From Felis catus (lineage: Eukaryota): 64,000 bases of DNA. The number at the start of each line of letters is the position of its first letter. Positions within the stretch are counted from its first letter, which is position 1. The position numbers and the translations under genes were made by a program. The notes under the pieces are model-generated. The model worked only from the letters and a program-made list of their open reading frames with translations. It did not search any database and was not told where the DNA came from. Below, piece after piece: positions 25,323 to 37,570 of the stretch. The stretch covers positions 190,528,001 to 190,592,000 of the forward strand of contig NC_058368.1 of assembly GCF_018350175.1 (NCBI RefSeq), given 5' to 3'.

Positions 25323-27480
25323 AATAATATTAGCTTTTAGGCTAATTGTTTCTTTAAAATGCTTTAGTCTCTGAAATCATACAGAAAACAAAAAGTTACA
25401 AACAATAGTTATAATACTGTTTATTATCATTACCCATGTATTTGCCTTTATTAAAACTTATATTTCCTCATACAGCTACATGTTACTCTCTAGAGTCCTT
25501 TCATTTCACCCTGTAGGACTCCTTTGAGCATATCTTGCAAGGTGGGTCAAGTGGTAAGAAATTTCTCAGCCTTTATTCTTCTGGAAATTTCTTATTTTCT
25601 CCTTCACTTTGGAAGAACAGCTTTGCGAGATAGGACGCTTGATTGACAGTTTTCTTCTTTTAGCAGTTTGAATATATGGGCCTATTGCCCTCTGGTCTCC
25701 AAATTTCTAATGAGAAATTTGATAATATTATTGACACTCCCTTACATATCATGAATCACTTTTCTCTTCCTGCTTTTAAGATTCTTTCTTTGTGTTTCAA
25801 CAGTTTGGTTATATGTGTCTCAGTGTGAGTCTCTTTGAATTCATCTTACTTGGAGTTCATTGAGTTTCTTGAATATTGATGCTTATGCACTTCATCAAAT
25901 ATGGGAATTTTTAGTTAGTATTTCTTCAGATATTCTCTCTGCCACATTCTTTCTCTGTCTTTCCTCCTGGAACTCCCACAGTGCATATACTGGTCCACTT
26001 AATGGTGTCCTACAAGTTCCATGGACTCTTCACTTTTAATTCTTTTTTTCTTTCTGTTATTCAGTTTCAAGAATTTCAACTGTCCTATATTCAGGTTGAC
26101 TGACTGTCTCCTGCCTGTTCAAATCTGCCTTTGGATATTTCTAGTGAATTTTTTATTTCAATTATTGTACTTTTCAGCTCCAAGATTTCTTTTTGGTTTC
26201 TTAGGTTTTATGTCTCTTTATTGATGTTTTCATTTTGTTCACATGTTAAATTTCTTGATTTTCTCCATTATAATTCTTACTTCTTTGAGCATATTTCACG
26301 CATTAAAAAAAAATCTTTAGTATATCTGCCATCACGTCTTTTTCAAGGACATTTTCTGTCTATATTTTTTCCTTTAAACGGACTATAGTTTTCCATTTCT
26401 TTGTATGTTTTGTGGTGTTTTTTGTTGAAGCTGGACTTTTGAATTTATAACATGGTAACTCTGAAACCAGAGTCTCCCCCTTCCCCAGGGTTTTCTGTTT
26501 TGTGTTACTGTTGTTTCTTCTTGTTTGTTGTTGTTGTTGTTGTAGGCTGTGTCTTTGCCAAGGATCAGCCTGAGGTGTAAACTTAAGGTCTTCTCCAGTG
26601 TTTTGAGTTTTCCCCTGGATGTGCAGTCACTTTCTAGTTCTTCCCATATATGCAGTTGTTTTTGAATGTCTTAGTCTTTAAAGTCAATCTCCCAAAAGGG
26701 TGGGGGTGGGGTGGGGTGCCAGCACTTTAAATCCCCTGGAAGTCCATTTCAGTTGGAGGGAGAGAGGTCCTTGCAACAATGGAAGAAGTGCAAAAATGAA
26801 TGGGTGCCTGCCTCTTGGTCTGTACTTTTGTGGTCAGAAGCAGCAGGTAATCAGAGCACAGACTCCAGCTACTAGGAAGACAAAGTCCTTTTTGTCTACC
26901 CTGGATATTGCAAACTATGTATAAGCTTCTAAGAGCTAAAATTGCCAGAGTTTTGGCACAATTTACATTCCAAGCTTTTCTCTGGAGGTTGTAATCCTTC
27001 ACTAGACTCCACAGTTCCAGAATAGTTACATCAGACAGATTCTGCCTGTGCAATTGTTGTTTAAGTGAAGATAGGGATTTCTGGCACATCCTATTCTGAC
27101 ATCTTCCCTTTCCTCATTTCATCTAACAGGATATCACTTGCAAATGTAAAGCTGTGGATTTTTTAATGACCATTTTACATTCTACTATGTTACTATATTA
27201 TTTTATTGCTTGTGTTAATTTTATCTTTTAGCCTTTTGGTCTTTCCATTTATACTATCATCTTGTGTCATCTGTGAAAGAAGTAATTATACTTCTTTCCT
27301 ATTTCTTATGCTTTTCATTACTTTTATCAATTGTATCAATTGTACCAATTGTATCAATTGTATTGACTGATTCCTCCAAATTAATAGTATTGAAGACATT
27401 GGGCATTCCTGCCTTCTTCTTGGTTTTACTGTGAGTGCCTCTAATATTTCCCCATTAGGTAAGGTAATGGTTTATGATGG

Positions 27481-27483
<3 letters not shown>

Positions 27484-27523
<40 letters not shown>
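27484..27523. repeat. (TG)20 microsatellite; a shorter (TG)n lies at about 27758-27781
   Basis: Directly visible. Confidence 0.97.
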
Positions 27524-27526
<3 letters not shown>

Positions 27527-27984
27527 GTGTATGCTTTGAACTACATTATTATGTTAAGGAAGTACATATCAATTCTATTTGAATGATTATTTATTTTGAA
27601 ATTTAATATCTAATCCATTTATATTATTTTCCTTCTTACCTCTATTAAGATGGCAATTTACATTATTGGATTAACTAATATTATAATAATCTTCCATTCT
27701 TGGAAGATTTTTATAAACAGTGTTGGGTTCTTTTTACTAATACTTTGTTCTCTTTTTGTGTGTGTGTGTGTGTGTGTGTGTAAGTGAAACTAGATTATGA
27801 TATTTTTCATGCCCTTATGATGTATTTATCAGATTTAGGTATCAATGTTACTTCCTTTATAAAACAAAAAAGGGGGGAAGTCTTCATTTTTTTTTCTTCT
27901 GGAATAATTTATGTGACAATGTGATTATCCAGATGTAGAAGTTCTGATAAAATTCCTCTGTGAAACATCTGAGTTTGCTTTTTC

Positions 27985-28660
27985 CTTTTTTTTTTTTTAT
28001 TCTTAAAAAACAATATAGAACATCTAGTTTCAGGTATACAACATAATAACTCAATATTTGTATACGTTACAAAGTGATGAGCAAATATGCCTGGTCATCA
28101 TGCATTGCCATATTTATCCCCTTCACCTTTTTAGCCTACTCTCCAATCCTTTTTCCCCGCTGATAACCACTGATCGGTTTTCTGTATCTGAATTTTAGTT
28201 TTTATTTTTGTTTGTTTATTTTGTTTTGAGAGCACACAAAACCCTCAAAAGGAGTATCTCAGATCCCTCCTAGCTCTCTGGGTCCTCTGGACAGGAGCCT
28301 TATTGATTTCCAAAGCCATATGTTTTTGGGGCCTCATTTTGCTACTGCATATTCCCAAGGTTGGGATAATCCATATGGAGCACAAACAAACTCCTCCTCA
28401 CTTGGGAAGAGGCTCTGAGCCTCTGTGATTCCTTCCTATTGTATGTTGATGCATTGGAGATAGAGTTTTTGGCAGGACCATATCTCTGCCCTCCTCCCAT
28501 CTTGATACGCTGTTTTATCCCTTGTTGTGGAGGGAGCTGTTCAGCTAGTTTTGAGTTTATACTTTCAGTGGGAATTATTCTACATGAAATTGTAGATTTG
28601 GTATGTCTGTAGGAAGAGGTGAGTTCAGGTTCCTCCTACACTGCCATCTTGTACTATCCA
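27985..28660 (-). mobile_element. Mini-L1: L1 5' terminus (about 28230-28660) fused to L1 3' terminus and poly-A (about 27985-28230)
   Basis: Left part resembles the L1 3' ends at 44786 and 46612 ('tagtttcaggtatacaacataat'); right part resembles the 5' end at 35240-35403 ('tgtagatttggt...ggtgagttcagg..cctacact'). Confidence 0.7.
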
Positions 28661-29679
28661 CTCCTTGGTGTTTTTGAAGGGTAGGACTTTGATAATTTCC
28701 TCAATTTCCTCTAAAGAAATTTGCCTGAGTACTTTTAACTTTACTGGTCCAATTTTGGGAAATTATATTTTCCTTGGAAACTAGCAATTTTATGTAAATT
28801 TTCTATTTTCTGTAAAGTTGTGTGAAGTAACGTTTGAAGATCTTTTAAAAATTTCTTCTATTTCAGGCCTTGCTATCCCCCTTGTGATTTCTTTTGTTTT
28901 TTGTTATACTTTGTTATATTTGTTATATTTGTTTTTCCCCCAGTCTTTCTTTTTATTTCTTGATTGAGAGTTAGTGGTTTGTCTGTTTTGTTGATATTTT
29001 CTGTAAACCAGCATTTTAAGATTTATACTTTATTTTTCCTTTCCTTCTGCTTTCTTCTGTTTCCTTTATTGTATTTGTCTTTTATGTTGAGAATTGAATT
29101 CATTTACTTTAGTTGATCATTCTTTGTCTATTTTTCCATATACAAAATTGGCCTTTTGAATATATAAATTCAGGTCTTGCTTAATATCTGGAAATTTTTT
29201 TTATTAACTTAGAGTTTTATATTCCATACCCATAATTGTTTCATCCTTTTCTATTTATTGAAAAGACCATTTTTCTACATCCTATAGTCTTGGCTTCTTT
29301 ATAGTAAATTAATTGACCATATTAGGCATGGGTTTATTTCTGGGCTTTCTATTCTGTTCCACTGATCTATGGGTCTGATTTTGCTCCAGTACCATACTTT
29401 ATAGTAGAGTATGAAATCAGGGAGCATGATATTTCCAGCTTTGTTGTTCTTTCTCAAGATTGCTTTGTCTGTTTGAGGTGTTTTGTGGTTGCATACAAAT
29501 TTTGGATCTCTTTGCTCTAGTTCTGTGAACAATGCCATTGGAATTTTAGTAGAGATTGAATTGAATCTGTAGATTGCTATTGGTAGCATGGACATTTTAA
29601 TGATATTCTTCCAATACACAAACATTGTATATAATTCCATTTATTTGTGTTGTCTTCATTTTTTTCCCATGAATGTCTT

Positions 29680-30237
29680 TTTTTATATGATTTTTTTAAT
29701 GAAATTTATTGACAAATTGGTTTCCATACAACACCCAGTGCTCATCCCAAAAGGTGCCCTCCTCAATACCCATCACCCACCCTCTCCTCCCTCCCACCCC
29801 CCATCAACCCTCAGTTTGTTCTCAGTTTTTAAGAGTCTCTTATGCTTTGGCTCTCTCCCACTCTAACCTGTTTTTTTTTTTTTCCTTCCCCTCCCCCATG
29901 GGTTCCTGTTAAGTTTCTCAGGGTCCACATAAGAGTGAAACCATATGGTATCTGTCTTTCTCTGTATGGCTTATTTCACTTAGCATCACACTCTCCAGTT
30001 CCATCCACGTTGCTACAAAAGGCCATATTTCATTTTTTCTCATTGCCACGTAATATTCCATTGTGTATATAAACCACAATTTCTTTATCCATTCATCAGT
30101 TGATGGACATTTAGGCTCTTTCCATAATTTGGCTATTGTTGAGAGTGCTGCTATGAACATTGGGGTACAAGTGGCCCTATGCATCAGTACTCCTGTATCC
30201 CTTGGATAAATTCCTAGCAGTGCTATTGCTGGGTCAA
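29680..30237 (-). mobile_element. Young felid L1 3' end (L1_Fc-like), 5'-truncated, nested in L1
   Basis: Uninterrupted ORF2 C-terminus MHRATCTPMFIAALSTIAKLWKEPKCPSTDEWIKKLW...EKDRYHMVSLLCGP; perfect 14-bp TSD cccatgaatgtctt (29666-29679 / 30238-30251). Confidence 0.96.
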
Positions 30238-32354
30238 CCCATGAATGTCTTATAGTCTTCAGTGTACAGGTCTTTCACCCTCATGGTTAAATTTATTCCT
30301 AGGAATTTTATTTGATACAGTTGTAAACTGGACTGTTTTCTTATTTTTCTTTCTGATAGCTAATTAGTAGTGTATAGAGACACAATCAATATCTGTATGC
30401 CAATTTTGTACCCTGTGACTCCATTGAATTTGTTTATTCTAATAGTTTTGTGGTGGAGTCTTTATGATTTTACGTAGGTAGTATCCTGTCTGTAAATAAT
30501 GACAGTTTTACTGCTGTTCCATTTTAGATGCCTATTATTTCTTTTTCTTGCCTAATTGTTGTGGTTAGGATTATGTTGAATAAAAATGGTGAGAGTGGGC
30601 ATTGTCGTGTTTCTGATTTTAAAGAAAAAACCTTCAGTTTTTCACCATTGAGTGTGATGTTAGCTGTGGGTTTGTCACATATGGCCTTTATTCTGTTGAG
30701 GTATGTACCTTTTATACCTATGTTGTTGAGTTTTTATCATGAAAAAATTTTGGATTTTGTCCAATGCAATTTTTTTTGCATCTAGTGAGTTAATCATATA
30801 TTCTTTATCTTCTGTAAATGTGTTGTATCATATTGGTTGATTTATGGATGTTGAACCATTATTGCATTCTTGGAATAAATTCCACTTGATTGTGATGTAT
30901 AATCCTTTAAATGTATTGTTAAATTCAGTTTCCTAATATTTTTTCTGGATTTTTGCATCTATGTCCATGAGGGATATTTGCCTGTAATTTTATTTTTTCC
31001 CTCATTTTCCTTCTTTTTTTAAAATTTGCGTGTGCATGCGCGCGCGCGTGTGTGTGTGGGGGGGGGGTATGTCTGGTTTTGGCATCAGAGTAAGTCTGGC
31101 CTTATAAAATGAGTTTGGAAGCATTCTTTCCTCTTCAATTTTTTGGTATAATGTGGGAAGGTTATGTGCCAAGGTTATGTGACAGGTAGAATTCACCTGT
31201 CAATCAATCTTGTCCTGAATTTTTACTGTTTCAATTTTATTACTTGTAATAGGTCTATTCAGATTTTCTATTTCTTTGTGATTCAGTCTTGGAAGGTTGA
31301 GTATTTCTAGGAATTTATTTTTTCTAGGTTTACCAATTTGTTGGTAAATGATTGTTCAGAGTAGTTTCTTACGATCCTTTGTATATATCTAGGGTATCAG
31401 TTGTAACTTCTCCTCTTTCATTTCTAATTTTATTTTGGATCCCTCTCTCTTTCTCTTTTTTTCTTGATGAATCTGGCTAGTTTATTGCTTTTGTTTGTAT
31501 TTTCAGCAAACTAGCTTTAGATTCATTGATCTTTTCTATTGTTTCTTTTAGTCTCTATTTTGTTTATTTCCACTCTGATCTTTTTATTTCCTTCCTTCCA
31601 CTAACTTTGGAATTTTTTTTTTTTTCTTTTTCTAGTTCCTTTATGTGTAAAGTAAGATTGTTTATTTGGGATTTATCTTGTTTCTTGAAGTAAGCTTATG
31701 TCACTATGAATTTTCCTCTTAGAACTGCTTTTGCTGTGTCCTATAGATTTTGGAAAGTTCTGTTTGCATTTTCATTTCTTGCCAAGTATTTTTTACCTTT
31801 TCTTTGATTTATTCATCAACTCCTTGGTTTTTAGTAGGATATTGTTTATTTTCCATATGTTTGTGTTATCCTAGTTTCTTCTTGTAATTGATTTCCAGTT
31901 TCATATCATTGTGGTTAGAAAAGATTCTTGATATGATTCTTATCTTCTTGAATTTTTTGAACCTTGTTTTGTGGACTTACATGTGATTTCTCCTAGAAGA
32001 TGTTTTATGTGCATTTGAAAAGATAGTTATTGTGCAGTTTTGGGATTAAGTGTTCTATATATGTCTATTAGGTCCATCCAGTCTAATGTCCCTTAAGGCC
32101 AATGTATCATTATTGTTTTTCTGTCTGAATGATCTGTCCATTGATAGTGTAGTACTAAATTCTCCTACTATTATTATATTGCTGTCAATGTCTCACTTTA
32201 TGTCAATATTAGCTTTATATATTTAGATTATCCTGTGTTGGGTCCATAAATATTTATGAATGCTATTTCCTATTCTTGGATTGATCCTTTCACTATTATG
32301 TAATGCCCTTTCTTATATTTTGTTACCGTCTTCTTTAAACTCTATTTTGTCTTA

Positions 32355-32580
32355 GGGGTGCCTGGGTGGCTCAGTTGGTTAAGCATATGGCTCTTGATTT
32401 GGCTCAGGTCATGATCTCACAGGTTGTTAGTTTGAGCCCTGCGTTAGGCTCCATGCTGATAGTGCAGAGCCTTCTTGGGACTCCCTCTCTCTCTACCTCT
32501 CTCTCTGCAACCCCCCCTCCCCGCTTTCCTTGTCTGTCTCTCAAAATAAATAAATTAAACTTTAAAAAATTAAAAAAATA
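32355..32580 (+). mobile_element. CanSINE
   Basis: 'ggggtgcctgggtggctcagttggttaagc'; TSD tctattttgtctta (32341 / 32587). Confidence 0.95.
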
Positions 32581-32684
32581 TTAAAGTCTATTTTGTCTTA
32601 AGTAGTATTGTTACATCAGTTTTCTTTTTGTTTCCATTTGCATGGGGTATCTTTCTCCATCCCTTCACTTTCAGTGTGTGTTTT

Positions 32685-32923
32685 TGTTTAAGTTTTCTTT
32701 TTTTATATTTGTTTATTTATTTATTTTGAGAGAGAGAGAGAAAGAGAGCAAAGATTGGGGAGAGAGAGGGAGAGAGAGAGAATCTCAAGCAGGCTCCATG
32801 CTGTCCTCATGGAGCTCAACCTCATGAACCATTAATCATGAATCATGAACCATGACCTGAGAGCATGACCTGAGCCAAAATCAAGAGTCTGACACTTAAC
32901 TGATTGAGTCACCCAAGCACTCC
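32685..32923 (-). mobile_element. CanSINE with internal micro-duplications
   Basis: T-rich tail, (GA)n, 'catgacctgagccaaaatcaagagtc', 'gagtcacccaagcactcc'. Confidence 0.92.
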
Positions 32924-35900
32924 TGTGTATGTCTTTAGATCTCAAGTGAGTCTTTTGTATACAGCATATAAAAGGATCTTGTATTTTTATCCATTCAGCC
33001 ACCCTGTGTCTTTTCCGTAGAACATTTAGTGCATGTATACTTAAAGTAACTATTGATAGATATGTACTTATTGCCATTTTGTTAATTGTTTTCTGATTCT
33101 TTTTGTAATTCTTCTCTGTTGTCTTTTATTGTTTTTCTTCTTCTCTTCATCTCTAGTGGTTTGGTGGTTTTCTTTAGTGTTTGGGTTCCTTTCTCTTTAT
33201 TATTTTGTGTATCTAATATAGGGTTTTGGGTTTTAGTTACCGTAAGGTTTATATATATTGACCTATATATTTAGCAGTCTATTTTAAGGTGACAGTTTAA
33301 GTTCAAATGCATTCTAAAAGCACTACATTTCTATCCACCCCGCCCCCCCCACCACCACGTTTTGTTTTGAGATCACATTTTACATCTTTTTTGTATCCCT
33401 TAACTACTTACTGTAGTTATAGTTGATTTTACTATATTCCAACTAGCTTTTTAAATGCCTGGTCCACTGCTTTTACTATATACTTGCCTTTACCAGTGAG
33501 ATTCTTTCCTTAATATATTTTCTTATTTCTGGTTAAGGCCTTTTTTTTTTTTTTTTCTGCTTAAAGAAGACCAACCCTTTAACATTTCTTGTAAAGCCAG
33601 TTTACTGGTGATTAATTTCTTTAGATTTTGTTTATCTGGAAACTCTTATCTCTCCTTCAATTCCAAATGATAACCTTTCCAGGCAGAGTATTCTTCATTG
33701 TAAGTTTTTCCTTTTCAACACTTTAAATATATCCTGCCACTCCCTTCTGGTCTGCAAAGTTTCTTCAGAAAAATCACCTGATAGTCTTATGGGATTTCCC
33801 TTGTATATGATTGTTTTTCTCTTGCTGCCTTTAAGATTCTCTCTTTAAATTTTGCCATTTTAGTTTATAGTATGTCTAGGTGTGGATATTTTTGAGTTCA
33901 TCTTAGTTGAAATTTTGCATTCCCTGGACCTGTATATCTGTTTTCTTCTCCAGGTTAAGGGAATTTTCAGCCATTATTTCTTCATAGATTTTTTTTTTTT
34001 TTTTTTTTGTCTCTCTCTCTCTTCTTCTGGGATCTCTGTAATATGAATATCAGCACACTTCATGTTGTCCCAGATTTTCCTTAAACTATCCTAATTTAAA
34101 AACATTTTTTTTTGTTTTCTTCTTCTGATTGGCTGATTTCCACTCTTCTGTCTTCCACAAAGTTGATCTGTCCTGAATCATCTAATCTGCTATTAATTCC
34201 TCCTAGTGTATTTTTAATTTTTGTTATTGGGTTCTTTAGCTATAATTGTTTTTTTATTATATTTTCTAACTCTGTTGAGGTTCTCACTCTGTTCTTCCAT
34301 TCTTCTCCTCCTGAGTTTGGTAGATCTCGATGGCCATTAATTTTAACTCTTTATCAGGTAAATTACTTTTCTCCATTTCATTGGGTCCCTCTTCCCCTTG
34401 GGTTTTATCTTGTTCTTTTGTCTGGAACATATTTCCCTGTATCCTCATTTTATCTGACTTTCTGTTTGTTTCTATGCATTAGGTGAGAGAGCTTCGTCTT
34501 CTGGTCTTGAAGAAGTAGCCTTGTGTAGGACTATTCCCTGTGTAGATTGGATGTACCTGGAGGCTTTGAAAGACCAGCTAGCTGGTGCAGATGTGGGCTG
34601 GTGGGGTGCCCAGGCACTCCACATGCAAGCTACCTTGACTGGATGGCTGGAGCTAGAGTGGTTCCTAGCTCTGGTGTTTGGGGGCATTCAGTCCTAGGAC
34701 CATTGTGACAGGACATCCGGAGTGGGTGTGGGCCAGTGGCTGTGCCAGGGCCACCATGATGGGACAGTTGGAGTTGGAGCAGGTGTAGGCTGGGGAGTCT
34801 TGAGGCACACTGCACTGGGGTTGCCTTGATGGAATGTCTGGGTGAGGTGCAAGCAGGGGAGTCTTGGAGCACACTGTGCTGGGGCTTCCTTGGTGGGACA
34901 GTTGAGTTGGGGCAGATGAGGGGCCTGGAGCATACTGGGATGGCCCTAACTGACCAGCTAGAACATCTGGGTCCTGCTCTTGCCGACATTATCAGGGTGG
35001 ATGGAAAATATTGTGCTGGCTGGGGCCTCTGACCCTGGAGAGAGTTCCAGCAGTTCTCAACCCATTTGGCAGGCATTCTAGGGCTAGTAAATGGATTTCC
35101 TTCACTTATAGTCTAGTTGCTCCTTAAACCACTGTTGTTTTCACTGTGCCCAGGGTGGGTGACTCTGTGCATGGGCTCAGTGACATCCCTCCCTACTTTA
35201 GGTCCTTGCATGAGAGATGGTGTTCCTCTCATTACCATGTCTCTGTCTCTCCCACCCTTCTCTATGTGGCCCCTCTAGCATCTGTTGTGCAGACTGTTCA
35301 ATCAATCCTCCGTTCTTCTGCAGGGGGAATTGTGCTATATCTAAGTGTAGATTTGGTGTGTCTGGGTAGGAGGTGAGTTCAGGCTCATCCTACACTTGGA
35401 CCCTCACTTGTCCCTAGACAAAATATTTCTCTCTATAGGTTTTGCTGATAGTATCTAAATTCAGACCTTTGAGATTACATAGATCAAGTATAAACTTTCT
35501 AGCTACTGGGTTTTACAGTATTTGATGATTAGCAATCATGATCACAAGTGTTCTCTTTTTCAGGGTAAATGATTTTTTTCAAACTTTTTGTTGCTGCCAG
35601 GTATAGAAATGCAGTTTAATACGTGATCACATTATAAGAATGAGTCTTTGTGCTCTATTTCATTAGTTATATTTAACTAGACTGTTATTTCTTGAAAGAG
35701 CATTCTAAATATTTTGTTCCAATTTGGAGATGCCTATTTTCTTTATCCAACAAAATTTAAACATGTGTTTTATAAAGCTGGAGTTTGGTTTTTAGAACTC
35801 TATTATTCACATGTATGGTATAATTCTAAGTAAGCCCTAGAAAACCCACAACTTTACGAGTTAGAATCTGAGTAGTTGTGCCTCTCTCTCTCTCTAAAAA

Positions 35901-36611
35901 TGCCCATTTTGAGGTTTTACTGGAAGATTCCAACTAAGAAGGTACTAGTAGATGTGAAAACAGTGCAATAATACTGACTTATAATCAAAAGAGGGCCGAT
36001 AAACATGTTTGCTTTTTGTATTTACTGTTGAGATCAATGGAGACCTAGCACCGAAATTTGTTTTAACTTCATTGGGCTTTGTTTCCTCGGCTTTTTATGG
36101 GTTTCTCAATCACTTTACTTGTCTGCAGTAGGAGGTGTTTATTTGCTGATAAGGGCTGTTAGCCATTTTCAAAGTTGGAGAAATAAAGTTACAATTTCAC
36201 ACAGGGCTGTGTGTTATACTGGACTAGACTAATCCTGGCTTTAGTAAAACTAGTAGAGAAAGGACAAGGCCAAGATATTAATGGGAAACATCCTCTAGGG
36301 CAAGTCCCGCAGAAGGGGTAGAATAGTGAACTAAGCAAGAGGCAATGTTTCCGTAACAAATAAGAGACCCCTCTTTCTTGTATCACTTGCTGATTTCAGA
36401 GGAAAGTCTCAAAACACTAATTAAAAGACAATTTGTAGGAAACATAAACATTAAAATTTAGCCCAAGTTTGTCTTTTAACCTGCTGACCCTAAAGCTATT
36501 AAGGAAGTTAATAGCTTTTATGTAACATGATCCCCTACTTGCTTTGCTGCTTAAAATTAATTCTCAAAAAGCCTGCATCTTTTTCCACATTTATGAAGAA
36601 ATACATCTTTT

Positions 36612-36828
36612 TTAATGATTTTCTTAAGTTTACTTATTTATTTTGACAGAGAGAGAGTGAGCTCGAGTGGGGGAGGGGCAGAGAGAGAAGGAGAAAGAGA
36701 GAATCCCAAGCGGGCTCCACATCATTAGTGCAGGGCCCGACATGGTGCTCAGCCCACGAAATGTGAGATCATGAGCTGAGCAGAAATCAAGAGTCAGACG
36801 CTTAACGGACTGAGCCACCCAGGCCTCC
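36612..36828 (-). mobile_element. CanSINE
   Basis: 'gagatcatgagctgagcagaaatcaagagtcagacgcttaacggactgagccacccagg'. Confidence 0.94.
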
Positions 36829-37357
36829 TACTCAGAAATAAGTCTTTAGGTTCTGCCATGCTGTCCTCCTTCCCAAACAGCTACATCGCTGGCTGTGACG
36901 CTGGTGGCCCTCAACGTATCATGGTTCTACTGGGTCTACCTTCATCCACCAGTGACTGCTGCTGCTATCATTTCTCAAGCTCAAGAGAGGGCCTACTGTC
37001 TTCTGCGTTAACTGTGGGCTTAGACCCTCCTACCTCCCACCCCCAACCCCGTACAACCGAGGCAAATTTATACTAAGTGTTTAGCAGTAACTGAAGGAAT
37101 TTGGAAAATACCCAGAGAGTAACAACTGCAAAGTCTACCATTAGCCAGCATGTGTCCTTGACTTGTGCTTGGCTCAAGTCCGTGTGGCCAGAGCTAGTTT
37201 ATTTCCCATGATTGGGAAACTGTGAAACTTTGGGCTGCAGAGTCAAGGTCAAATTGATGCCCCACTGTTCCTTCTTTTTTTTTTTTCTCTCTCTCTCTCT
37301 TTAAAACTTCAAAGAGAGAAGACGAAATTTCCTTAATTCCTACTCTATAGTTAGTAA

Positions 37358-37570
37358 TTTTTTTGAACGTTTATTTATTATTTTTGAGACAGGGAGAGAC
37401 AGCATGAACAGGGGAGGGTCAGAGAGAGAGGGAGACACAGAATCTGAAACAGGCTCCAGGTTCTGAGCTGTCAGCACAAAGCCTGACACTGGGGCTGGAA
37501 CTCACGGACCGCGAGATCATGACCTGAGCCGAAGTCGGATGCTTAACCGACTGAGCCACCCAGGCGCCCC
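37358..37570 (-). mobile_element. CanSINE (felid type)
   Basis: 'ctcacggaccgcgagatcatgacctgagccgaagtcggatgcttaaccgactgagccacccaggcgcccc'; TSD ctatagttagta / ctataattagta. Confidence 0.97.

Larger units (their letters stand above)
15880..27108 (-). mobile_element. Near full-length old L1 (L1MA/L1MB-like 3' end): 3' UTR, ORF2, inter-ORF, ORF1, 5' UTR; split by a younger L1 and SINEs
   Basis: 3' end 'aagtgtacagtttagaggtattaaatacattc...aactgaaactctac'; ORF2 remnants (WPKATYIFNAIP); antisense ORF1-like region about 25560-26400; 5' terminus 'cctattctgacatcttccct'. Multiple stops and frameshifts. Confidence 0.8.
11780..29250 (-). mobile_element. Very old L1 (L1MC/L1ME-like) host, split into pieces (about 11780-12040, 14250-15870, 27110-27980, 28665-29250) by later insertions
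   Basis: Antisense L1 motifs resume in collinear order after each insertion: 3' UTR 'cccctaaatacttcagtacaggtctcctaag', ORF2-like 'gattttgctattc...gttttcttctaatgtttgtatgg', 'gggcattcctgccttcttcttggtttta', 'cctctgtgaaacatctgag'. Confidence 0.55.
29250..35403 (-). mobile_element. Older L1 with 5' UTR, ORF1 and most of ORF2; 3' end missing
   Basis: ORF2 N-terminus MAISTYLSIVTLS...KRHRVAEWIKIQDPFICCIQKTH (33077 down); [31 protein letters not shown]; antisense ORF1-like region about 33560-34480; GC-rich 5' UTR 34480-35403. Confidence 0.88.

Noticed and set aside
25025..25420. Two diverged copies of a roughly 70-bp unit ('aaatgcattagtctct...gttacaaac') around the SINE
   Set aside because: Low identity and located in the L1 inter-ORF region, where tandem repeats are a known feature; probably inherited from the element.
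27325..27363. (TATCAATTG)x4 short repeat, and the other short tandem arrays, as CRISPR-like structures
   Set aside because: No spacers and a mammalian context; these are simple slippage repeats.
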